From Octopus bimaculoides (Eukaryota): a stretch of DNA of 41,613 nt. The stretch spans positions 2,350,261 through 2,391,873 of the forward strand of contig NC_069010.1 of NCBI RefSeq assembly GCF_001194135.2. Direction: 5' to 3'. The position numbers were made by a program, and so were the translations under genes. This document shows, piece by piece, positions 1 through 10,101 of this stretch (its first letter is position 1; each line of letters starts with the position of its first letter). Below the pieces are notes generated by a model, which did not search any database, was not told where the DNA came from, and saw nothing but the letters and a program-made list of their open reading frames with translations.

Positions 1-291
1 TATACGTTTCAGTTTCCATCTCTAAGCTTGGTGGGCCCAAGGCTATAGTAGAAGACACTTTGCCCAAGGTGTCATGCAGTTGGACTGAACCTAGAACCAT
101 GTGGTTGGAAGGCAAATTTCTTACCACACAGCCACGCCTGCGCATATATCATTCGTTTTGCACTTGTTTCAATCATTGGTCGGCCCGAGGCTATAGTAGA
201 AGACACTTGCCCAAGGTGCCGCGCAGTGGGACTGAACCCGGAACCATGTGGTTGGTAAGCAAGCTACTTACCACTCAGCCACTCATGCGCC
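1..291 (-). mobile_element. tRNA-derived SINE family A (CORE-like), two tandem 5' portions
   Basis: Reverse complement of the head ggcgcaggagtggctgtgtggtaag...ggttcagtcccactgcg and body gggcaagtgtcttctactatagcc. The same sequence recurs at about 1025-1365, 2120-2620, 16430-16610, 18055-18260, 25830-26141, 34382-34652, 34927-35305, 35480-35830 and 39870-40080. Confidence 0.85.
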
Positions 292-299
292 TATAAGTT

Positions 300-592
300 A
301 ACATATGAAAAACAAAATAGGAATTTTGAAAGAAGTTTCTGTAAAATTAGCTTTGCAAGAAACAACTAGGTTTCTTTCTCGAATGTTTTTGCATAGTTTA
401 ACATGTGTGCCCTGCAACTCCAACATGTTCTCTCAGAACGTACTATTGCAAGCCTACAAAATAAGAATTTTGAAAGAAGTATTTATAAAATTAGTTTTTA
501 AGCATTGAATGACTATGGGAGGGGAGGGGGGTCCACCAGAATGAAATAGTAATCAACGGGTCCATAGATAAAAAATGGTTGAGAACTCCTGG
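300..592. mobile_element. hAT-like non-autonomous element, one end only
   Basis: Ends in ggttgagaactcctg. Its gggtccac/gggtccatag subterminal motifs mirror those of the 5503-5781 element. Confidence 0.45.
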
Positions 593-723
593 TTAATACC
601 ATCAACACCAGTTATTGACTGGTACCTTATTTTAGCAACCCTGGAGGAATGGAAACAAAGCTGACCTCAGTGAGATTTGAACTCAGAACATAGTGAACCC
701 ATTATTTGCATTAGACAGATAGG

Positions 724-881
724 TGTCCTCACCTTGTTTGTTGTTACCACAACATTTCAGCTGATGTACTCTCCAGCCTTCATCAGGTGTCCTGGTGGAA
801 TTTCGAACCCAACACCTGATGAAGGCTGGAGAGTACATTGGCTGAAATGTTGTGATAACAGCAAACAACAAGGTGAGGACA
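724..881. mobile_element. Penelope-like inverted repeat (about 67-bp arms, about 21-nt loop) with hammerhead-ribozyme-like cores
   Basis: Arms 724-790 and 812-881 are reverse complements. The right arm reads CAC-CTGATGA-A-GGCTG...TTGGCT-GAAA-TGTT-GTG. This matches the minimal type I hammerhead layout known from Penelope-like element termini. Confidence 0.6.
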
Positions 882-1384
882 ATAGTGAGCCCAGTTGTAC
901 TCAGTTTGTGGGGAAAGGTCAGTAGGTTAAATCAACCTCATTTCTTGATTGGTACTTTATTTTACCGAACCCCAGTGGAGTGAAAGATATGGATGACCTC
1001 AAAAATGATTAAAAGAAATACAAACATAGCAGTCTCACTGTGTGGCACTTTGGGCAAGTCTCTTCTACTATAGCCTGAAGCCAACCAAAGCCTTGTGAGT
1101 GGATTTGGTAGATGGAAACTGAAAGAAGCCCATCATACATATATGTGATATATATCTATGAGCTATGTCTTTGTGTTTATATTTGTCTCTCCATACCACT
1201 TGACAACTGGTGCTGGTGTCCCTGTGACTTAGTAGTTCAGCGGAAGAGACCAATATACCAAGTACAAGGCTTTAAAAATGTAAGTACTGGAATCAATTCG
1301 TTTGACTAAGATTCTTCAAGGCTGTGCCCCAGTATGGCTACGGTCTGATGACTGAAGCAGGTAAAACAGGTAAAAGGATGATTA

Positions 1385-2615
1385 GTAAGACACAAACAAA
1401 TTAACTGGGGTGTGTGTGTGTATAATGGGATCAACAGATAGATGGGTGTATATGCAACTTAATAGATGTGTGTGTATACATGTAATGGGTTGACAAGATA
1501 GATGGGTATATAAGCAAAGTAATAGGCACATGTGTGTGTGTATAATAGGATGGCCAGATAAACAGGTATATATGCAACTTAATAGCTATTTACGCAACTT
1601 AATAGGTGCGTGTATAGCAGGATGGACAGATAGATGGGTATATACGCTACTTATGCGTGTATACACGTAATGGATTGGGAAGATAGATGAGTATATAGGC
1701 AAAGTATAAATATGTGTGTTTGTCCCCCACCACCACCACTTGACAACTGGTATTCGAGTGTTTACATCCCCGTGACTTAGCAGTTCATCAAATGAGACTG
1801 ATGGAATAAAAAAAAAGTTCTGGGGTTAGTTTCTTCAACTAAAAACCCTTTAAGGCAGTGCCCCAGAATGGCCCCAGTCTAATTACTGAAACAAGTGAAG
1901 GATAAAAGATAAGATATTTATATAATTAAATTCTTTTATACTTTTATTTATTTCAGTCATTTGATTGCGGCCATGCTGGAGCACCGCCAGACCTAAATAT
2001 TAAGAATTGTACTAAAAAATTGGTTTAAAATATTTTGCATATTTTAGAAGTTTATTGAATATAAATTTCAACAACACAATTTTTTGTGGAGCCCTGTTGA
2101 AAACCACTGGGATAGCAAAATAAGTGTCTTCTACCCTAGCCACAAGCCGACCAAAGCCTTCTGGGTGGATTTGGCAGACTGAAACTGAAAGAAGCTCATT
2201 GTGTGTGTGTGTTTATGGGTAGGCGGACAATCCATCGACAAACAGTTGGCTAACAGACAACTTAGAGACAGGACAATTGACCGATTCTATCAATAATATA
2301 GGCATACCCTTTGTATAGGAGCTTTCTGCCTCCTCGTTCCGTTTTGATGAACTCCATGATCGATACTTCCGCATGTTGGCTTATTGTCCAATCGGTGAAT
2401 TGTCTGCACATGATGTTTGTGTGTCTGTGTTCGTCCCCACCACCATCATTTGACAACCAATGCTGGTGTGTTTACGTCCCTGTAACTTAGCGGTTCAGCA
2501 ATAAAATAAGCACTAGGCTTACAAAGAGTAAATCCTGGGGTTGATTTGTTTGACTAAAGGCGGTGCTCCAGCATGGTGGCAGTCAAGCGACTGAAGCAAA
2601 TAAATGAGTAAAAGA

Positions 2616-2648
<33 letters not shown>

Positions 2649-3210
2649 CAAATGAACAGGTGTATGTGTGTATGTATAATGGAATGGCTATGTAGTTGGG
2701 TATATAGGTAAATTAACAAGTAATTATAATAAGATGACTGGATAGATGGGTATATAAGCAGTTTAACAGGTGTGCATTTATGTGTTAGTGTGTATAATGG
2801 GATGGCTAGATAAATGGGTCAATAGGCAAATGAACAGGTCTATGTGTGTATATATAATTGGATGGCTTTATAGTTGGGTATATAGGCAAATTAACAGGTG
2901 TGAATACAGGGTTGGTCAGACAGATGGGTGTATAGGCAAATTGACACTTGTGTATAATGGGATAGCCAAATAGATGGATATCTCCCCAGCTTACCAGTTT
3001 TCAATCAAACCGTCCGAACCATGCCAGCATGGAAAATGGACTTTGATGACGATGATGATGACACATATATACATATATATATATATATATATATTGGTAA
3101 ATTAATGGGTGTATGTATATATGTTTGTGTGTATATAATGGGATGGCTAGGTTAACAAGTGCCTGTATAATAGGTTCACCTGATAAATGAGTACCTATAT
3201 AAACAGGTAT
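1385..3210. repeat. Degenerate ~60-bp minisatellite interrupted by SINE A copies
   Basis: A unit resembling gtgtgtgtataatgggatggatagatagatgggtatataggcaaattaacag recurs at about 1385-1710, 2640-3000 and 3095-3210. Confidence 0.7.
2224..2406 (-). mobile_element. Mutator-like (MULE) deletion derivative retaining the start of a FLYWCH-type transposase
   Basis: Imperfect TIRs gcggacaatccatcga / tcggtgaattgtctgc, with gacaa subterminal repeats. The minus-strand MEFIKTERGGRKLLYKGYAY (ATG at 2357) fits the FLYWCH N-terminal pattern. Nested in the (TG)n linker of a SINE A. Confidence 0.55.
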
Positions 3211-3214
3211 GTGT

Positions 3215-3219
3215 GTGTG

Positions 3220-3250
<31 letters not shown>

Positions 3251-3353
3251 ATACACATATTTATGCATAAATATTACATATATATGTATATATATTGCAC
3301 ATATGTGTATATATTTATGTATACATATATATATATCATGTATATATATACAA

Positions 3354-3394
<41 letters not shown>

Positions 3395-3545
3395 ACACAT
3401 GTGTATGTATATATATATGTATATATATATATACATATATATATATATACATATATATGTGTATATATGCACATATATACTACATATATATATATGTGTG
3501 TATGAGTGTGTGTGTGTGTATACACATATATATATATATATATAT
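3215..3545. repeat. (TA)n/(TG)n compound microsatellite
   Basis: Seen directly. It explains the YIYI/CVCV ORFs. Confidence 0.95.
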
Positions 3546-3653
3546 GGCTAGCTAAGCAAATAGATAGACAGAAAGAAAAAAGATGGAGAGAGAGAGAGAG
3601 AAAGGGACCACCAAGGAGTTACAGACATAAATAGATGCTGCTATAGTTACACT

Positions 3654-3663
3654 GTGACGTCAC
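3654..3663. promoter_or_regulatory. Perfect CRE palindrome GTGACGTCAC in non-repetitive sequence
   Basis: TGACGTCA at 3655-3662. Motif match only, with no functional evidence. Confidence 0.2.
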
Positions 3664-3984
3664 TTCTTAAAGTGCATTTGACCTAATGACATGGATGTTC
3701 TTCAAACCAGCTTCACCTTTCGTCCTTCTACTCATACCCTTCCTCCCCCCTCTCACATTGTCCCTCACATTGTTCTCTCTGTTTCTGTTTCTCTTTTTTT
3801 TTTTTCTTCTTGTCCTCTTCTTCATGTTCTCTATCTTGTGAATGCTGCTAATGGTGATGATGAAGAAGGTCTTCTTTACCCCACCCCACCTCACCCCCAC
3901 TTTCACTTTCCTCAAATTATGTCAGTCTGTAATCGATATAATGTGGTGAAGATTATGATTGTAATCAGCGACGTTGCTGTGTTG

Positions 3985-4290
3985 TAGCCCTAGGTCAGTC
4001 CTCCACCACTAGACCTGTGGATCAAAAGATGTTCCAGGTGTGACCATTCCGTCTTTTATTCAGACATAATGTATCTAGGACTACATTAGCTAATGTGTTC
4101 CTCCTTCCCTATTTTTCTTTAGTCCCAGGCCAGCCTTAATCCAACAGATTTATGATACAGGTGTTCCAGCTGTGATCCATCTTGGCTTGTGTCCAGACTA
4201 CATTATATAATGTCTCCTTCCTTGTTTAGCCCTAGGTCAGTCTTAAACCAGCTGTCCTATGATGAAAAATGTTCCTATAGTGACCTTCCT
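3985..4290 (-). repeat. Three tandem fragments of the SINE-tail family also arrayed at 18630-20400
   Basis: tagccctaggtcag.../tagtcccaggccag... recurs at about 3986, 4120 and 4227. It is the reverse complement of ctgacctggggctaa seen at about 18985. Confidence 0.55.
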
Positions 4291-4575
4291 ACAGTGACCT
4301 TCGAGAGAAAGCTATGTCTGAAAGGTCAGGCAGAGGTGACTAACATTATATTACATGCCATCTACTATTGTTTGACTGTTGTACCTTGTCTTGGCCACCA
4401 TCTGATTATACTGAAGCACATACTTTTCTGCTTCTTGTGGAAGGGACGTGTCCCAATGGTCAGGCAGTCTGTCTGCTGCAACACCCACTGAGTGATGGTC
4501 AGGCCATGCCGAGGTTGATGATTCACAGACATGCTCTGAGTCTATGACATCTCCAGTGCTTCCTTGGCGGTGAAC
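4290..4575 (+). mobile_element. Decayed Tx1/L1-clade LINE ORF2 fragment (post-RT region)
   Basis: Translates as LKGQAEVTNII...IYYCLTVVPC...LFCFLWKGRVPMVRQSVC, then by frameshift QHPLSDGQAMPRLMIHRHAL. This resembles the Tx1 F-x-W...GGLG-x-P segment, with stops and frameshifts. Confidence 0.6.
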
Positions 4576-4626
4576 AGGTGTGGTCACCATTCACTAGACA
4601 CATATTTCTGCAGCTAGTTTCTTTAA

Positions 4627-4786
4627 CCCTTTAAGTGTTCACATTATTCTGCCATAATTAATGCTTTTTTATCCACATTGTTTTGAACTAATCATGCATT
4701 ATCTTGTAGCTATGAGATTTTGATGAGGTAGCTGTTAATTTTTAAAATGTTATTGTAGGGTTGGTGTGAAAGACTAGATCTGGTCN
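4627..4786. mobile_element. piggyBac-like MITE, truncated by gap
   Basis: Starts TTAA-CCCTTT and is homologous to 7641-7861. Confidence 0.7.
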
Positions 4787-5502
4787 NNNNNNNNNNNNNN
4801 NNNNNNNNNNNNNNNNNNNNNNNNNNNNNNNNNNNNNNNNNNNNNNNNNNNNNNNNNNNNNNNNNNNNNNNNNNNNNNNNNNNNNNNNNNNNNNNNNNNN
4901 NNNNNNNNNNNNNNNNNNNNNNNNNNNNNNNNNNNNNNNNNNNNNNNNNNNNNNNNNNNNNNNNNNNNNNNNNNNNNNNNNNNNNNNNNNNNNNNNNNNN
5001 NNNNNNNNNNNNNNNNNNNNNNNNNNNNNNNNNNNNNNNNNNNNNNNNNNNNNNNNNNNNNNNNNNNNNNNNNNNNNNNNNNNNNNNNNNNNNNNNNNNN
5101 NNNNNNNNNNNNNNNNNNNNNNNNNNNNNNNNNNNNNNNNNNNNNNNNNNNNNNNNNNNNNNNNNNNNNNNNNNNNNNNNNNNNNNNNNNNNNNNNNNNN
5201 NNNNNNNNNNNNNNNNNNNNNNNNNNNNNNNNNNNNNNNNNNNNNNNNNNNNNNNNNNNNNNNNNNNNNNNNNNNNNNNNNNNNNNNNNNNNNNNNNNNN
5301 NNNNNNNNNNNNNNNNNNNNNNNNNNNNNNNNNNNNNNNNNNNNNNNNNNNNNNNNNNNNNNNNNNNNNNNNNNNNNNNNNNNNNNNNNNNNNNNNNNNN
5401 NNNNNNNNNNNNNNNNNNNNNNNNNNNNNNNNNNNNNNNNNNNNNNNNNNNNNNNNNNNNNNNNNNNNATAAGGGTAGAGAGGGAAGTGTTGTCTTCTAA
5501 CT

Positions 5503-5781
5503 CAGGGGTTTTTTAACTTTTTGACTTGCGGACCCCTTTATATTTCAGGCTTTACCTTAGGGACCCCCTTATAAACGCTTATGAAATTTATACATAAATA
5601 TTTGCTTAAAATAACATATATTTTTACATTTATTTATTTAACAGTATTTAACAAAATAGGTTTATTGTCAATTAAAAGATTTCGATTAAAAAACATGTAT
5701 AAAATCAATTTGCCCATAAAAAGTATTTGCTGTCCACGGACCCCTGTCTTGTCCTTGCAGACCACAGTTTGAAAGCCCCTG
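5503..5781. mobile_element. hAT-type MITE
   Basis: TIRs caggggttttttaact / agtttgaaagcccctg (13/16 match). The 8-bp flanks ttctaact / ttctagcc resemble a decayed NTCTAGAN TSD. Confidence 0.65.
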
Positions 5782-6102
5782 TTCTAGCCAGTTTGCTAAA
5801 AGGTGAATGAAAGTGGCGAGAATGGTATGAGTGAACGGGCCTGCCCTGAACATACGTCTGTAGTTGGAAAAAAGAAGACTTGTCCCATAAGTCAGGGTAC
5901 CCATGGTTTTTATGAGCAGCCCTCAAATATCTCCTATTGAGGCTCATTGTTGATTTTTTAAATTTTGTTAGTCTTGTTTACACACAAAACCCTCACAACA
6001 ACACACTCACACACATTCTTTGTTTTGTCTTGTACTGTCCATAGTGCTTTTCTTAACGTAAACCCTTGTGGTTGATAAAGAAATCATTATTATTATTATT
6101 AT

Positions 6103-6622
6103 TGAGTGAGAGAGCAGGGCATGCCGTCAAAGTGACACTGGGGTAAAATATACGAAGCCCATTATACCCATCATGACTACCCTGTCTGATAAGGATACAC
6201 CAGGCACATGAATCACAACCATGTGTGTGCGATATAGTGGTCTCATATCAAGATAAACAGCGCATGACCTTGCAGGTGGGGCCAAGTTAGAATTTTCTTC
6301 AAGTCAAGTAGCCCATCCCGCTCAAAAGGTCCCTGAATAAGGGTTGTTTAAGGATGTTGAGCGAAACACCCATGTTTCCAAAGGTGGATTATTCAAACCC
6401 CAAAGAATTCCTCTCAACACATGGCTATGATGTTCCCCCACTACTTGTGTTCATGATCAGAGATGCACATATCGTCAGCCAAAAAGGGACATGCTCAACT
6501 GGTTAAGGTCAAACAACTGACAAGCAAATCTGTGGTATTCAGCAGAATATTTGCTGTAACCTATCTTTTTATACCAAGACAAAACAATGTACATGATAAC
6601 ACTTCCAATCAATTAAGATCAG
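6103..6622 (-). mobile_element. Interspersed retroposon family C, copy 1, with (AAT)n tail
   Basis: High similarity to 7393-8173. It abuts an (ATT)n tract. Confidence 0.75.
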
Positions 6623-6664
6623 ATTATTATTATTATTATTGTTATTATTATTATTATTATTTAA

Positions 6665-6880
6665 GTGGCAAGCTGGCAGAATCGTTAGCATGCCGGGCAA
6701 AATGCTTTGTGGCATTTCATTCTTCCTTACATTCTGACTTCAAATTCCACCAAAGTCAACTTTGCCTTTCATCGTTTCGGAGTCAATAAATTAAGTACCA
6801 GTTAAGTACTGAGGTTGATGTAATCGACTATCCCCCACTCCCTAATTTCAGGCCTTGTACCTATAATAGAAAGGATTATT
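6665..6880 (+). mobile_element. tRNA-derived SINE family D (Deu/Nin-domain-like)
   Basis: Contains gtcaactttgcctttcatc...cggagtcaataaa...gtaccag, which resembles the Deu/Nin SINE domain. Other copies lie at about 7168-7370, 14432-14642, 36058-36210, 36231-36480 and 39126-39340, with minus-strand fragments at about 615-690, 930-1000 and 30128-30810. Confidence 0.7.
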
Positions 6881-6888
6881 ATTATTAT

Positions 6889-7061
6889 TCAGTAGTTTTA
6901 TTTTTATAACATGCTTTCACTTCACTACCGAGCGCAGCTCTGTGTGCCTTGGGTATGTGCTGTGGTTTGCTGTGATGCTCTTATGGTTACTGTATTGAAA
7001 GTGTTTTGCGTAGGATGTGTGCAGTGCCCTGTAGTGCAATTTTCTGTATGTTATATAGAAA
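6889..7061 (-). mobile_element. 5'-truncated Dong/R4-clade LINE 3' end, copy 1
   Basis: Minus strand reads YNIQKIALQGTAHILRKTLSIQ* plus a 3' UTR. Flanked on both sides by (TAA)n. Confidence 0.7.
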
Positions 7062-7100
<39 letters not shown>

Positions 7101-7392
7101 TTCCATGCTGACATGGGTTGGACCATTTGACATGGAGCTGGCCATTGTTGTTGTTGTTGTTATAAAGGTAGCAAGCTGGCAGAATTGTTAGCATGCTTAG
7201 CGGCATTTTGTCTGCTGCTATGGTCTGAGTTCAAATTCCACCAAGGTTGACTTTGCCTTTCATCCTTTCAGGGTTGATGAAATAAGTACCAGTCAAGAAC
7301 TGGGGTCGATGTGATTAACTTGTTCCCTCCCCACAAATTTCAGGCCTTGTGCCTATAGTTGAAAGGATTATTATTATTATTATTATTATTAT

Positions 7393-8173
7393 TGAGTGAG
7401 AGAGCAGTGCATGCCATCAAAGTGACACTGTGATAAAATATATGAAGCCCAGTATACCCATCATGACTACCCGTCTGATAAGGGTACACCAGGCACATGC
7501 ACCACAACCATATGTGTGCAACATGGTGATCTCATATCAAGATAAACAGCACATGAACTTGTAGGTGGGGTCCAGTTAAAATTTTCTTCAGGTCAAGTAG
7601 CCCATCCCACTCAAAGGAACCCTGAATAAGGGTTGTTTAACCCTTTAGTATTCAGATTATTTTATCAAGTGTAATGCTTATTTATTTATGTTGATTTAAA
7701 TAACTCATGCATTATCTTGTAGCTTTGAGATTTTGATGATGTTATTGTTTATTTTTAGCATGGCATTGTAGAATTAATGTAAGAGGCTGGATCCAGTCAG
7801 TTTGAATGTAAAACAGGTAGAATATTTTGGGCCGGATATGGCCGGTTTAAATGCCAAAGGGTTAAGGATGTTGAACAAAAATCCATGTTTCCAGAGGTGA
7901 ATTATCCAAACCCCAAAGAATTCCTCACAACACATGGCTATGATGCTCCCCCACTACTTCTGCTCATGATCAGAGATGCACATATTGTCAGCCACCAAGG
8001 GACATGCTCAACTGGTTAAAGTCATACAACTGACAAGCAAACCTATGTTATTGAGCAGAATATTTGTTGTAGCCCATCTTTTTATACCGAGACAAAACAA
8101 CATACATGATAACACTTCCAATCGGTTAAGGTAAGAAGCCATTGGAGCCACTGCTTGGTATTGCATCAGGGCA
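7393..8173 (-). mobile_element. Interspersed retroposon family C, copy 2, interrupted by a piggyBac MITE
   Basis: Collinear with 6103-6622 apart from the 7641-7861 insert. Confidence 0.75.
7641..7861. mobile_element. piggyBac-like MITE with TTAA target-site duplication
   Basis: TTAA(7637-7640)-CCCTTT...AAAGGG-TTAA(7862-7865). The uninterrupted family C copy shows the empty site gggttgtttaaggatgttga at 6341-6360. Confidence 0.85.
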
Positions 8174-8224
8174 TTGTTGTTGTTGTTGTTGTTATTATTA
8201 TTATTATTATTATTGTTGTTGTTG

Positions 8225-8394
8225 TTCAGTAGTTTTATTTTTATAACGTGCTTTCACTTCACTACCGAGCGCAGCTCTGTGTGCCTTGGGTATGTGCTGT
8301 GGTTTGCTGTGGTGCTCTTATGGTTACTGTATTGAAAGTGTTTTGCGTAGGATGTGTGCAGTGCCCAGTAGTGCAATTTTCTGTATGTTATATA

Positions 8395-8396
<2 letters not shown>
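8225..8396 (-). mobile_element. 5'-truncated Dong/R4-clade LINE 3' end, copy 2
   Basis: Minus strand reads YNIQKIALLGTAHILRKTLSIQ*. Near-identical to 6889-7061 and embedded in (TAA)/(CAA) tracts. Confidence 0.7.
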
Positions 8397-8452
<56 letters not shown>

Positions 8453-9035
8453 ATTTCATTCTTTTTTTTTTCTATCTCTTTTCAGGTGTTATCCCACCCC
8501 TATTTTCCACCTCTCCAGTATTCACACACCCTTCTTCCGCACACATACACACACAGCTGGCCGATTCAATTCAAACCCCCCACTGAAACAGGAAAAAAGA
8601 AAGAAAGAAAGAAAGAAAAGGAATGTCTCCAAACCCAGTGGTGACAAGAAGGACTACAATGAATACAACAGAGAAGACTAAAATGATGACACTAACAACA
8701 ACAACAACAACATCAACAACAATTCCAAGGAAATCTTGTTCCACCGCTGTCTTTTATGCTAGCACTGTTGCCAATGATGTTGACCGTAGAAGAATCCATC
8801 TTCACTTCCACCAACTCAAGGACAAAATCCGTTTAGCAACGCTCATCCAACCAACGACCACTGTGCCTCTGTTGCTGGTCTAAGACTCATTGGTTCCACT
8901 CAACAATAACTAAATATTATTATATTATTATTATTATTATTCCTGTTCATATACGCCCGCATGGACTGAGCTGAATCTTCATTCTCCCATTTTTTTGTTT
9001 TCAAAACATTGGGTCACACATTTTTGAAATCACAT

Positions 9036-9077
<42 letters not shown>

Positions 9078-9482
9078 NNNNNNNNNNNNNNNNNNNNNNN
9101 NNNNNNNNNNNNNNNNNNNNNNNNNNNNNNNNNNNNNNNNNTTATGTTATTGCTGTTGAAATATAACATACACAGAGAAAACAAAAATATAAAACAATAA
9201 AAAACTGTATATGCTTGTATTTATATTGAAACATAACACACACACACACACACATATATATACTATATAACAACGCACACATACAATATATGTGTACTTA
9301 ACTGACAACTAAATTTTCTCTTGCTACCTCTTATAAAAATACATGCATATATAAAGTGTATATATATCATATATCATACATATATATATATATATTTTTT
9401 TTTTTTTCTTTCTTTCTGGGCTGAAAAATCTTTCAACAATACATTCATCTATATGTATACATATACACGCCTGTTACCTTAA

Positions 9483-9618
9483 CCCTTTGAGCCCTGGCCT
9501 CCTGAACCTTATTTGACCATATACCTGGCTTCCAGATGCACTCCACCGGCAGAGCGGTGGTGCAGTATAGAGCAAAATAAGCCATCCACCGGTAAACCAG
9601 TGTTACAGGATCAAAGAG
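9483..9618. mobile_element. piggyBac-like MITE (second family)
   Basis: TTAA-ccctttgagccctg ... caggatcaaagag-TTAA. Confidence 0.6.
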
Positions 9619-10101
9619 TTAACTCTTTCTGCAGTTGCTTTGCAAGACTTTCAAACTTTGTTGACTTCCATTTTATAAATTTGGTCAAGTTACATAAACA
9701 GAAATACACACACACACACACACACACATACATATATTTTTATAGACTATATAAACTGTAACTCTGACTGCCACCCATTCCCCTTTAACAAAATTAGAGG
9801 AGGAGTGAGAGTTTAGGTTCAGTGAGGTGGGTTTTGAATTGCACTAACATGATACCCCTTTTCTTCCCTGTGATCTTGATACCCTGTTTTGTTTTGTCTG
9901 GCCCTTTCAAACAGTTTGCCTCCAAATAACCCCTGAATGCAATCAGGGATAACAGGCTAAGGGTACATTTGTATACACTCTCAAAAAGAACATTCCTGTA
10001 AACATTAACCTACCTAAACTAAACACACACACACACATTTGTGGCTATATAAATATATATTTATATATTCATTCTTCACTGCTGGGTCTTAGAGTAAAAA
10101 G

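Noticed and set aside
8486-8883. Good acceptor (ttttcag at 8485) followed by short ORFs; possible upstream exon of the ZNF gene
   Set aside because: No recognisable protein motif and no clear donor. It may be UTR, but this cannot be supported without transcripts.
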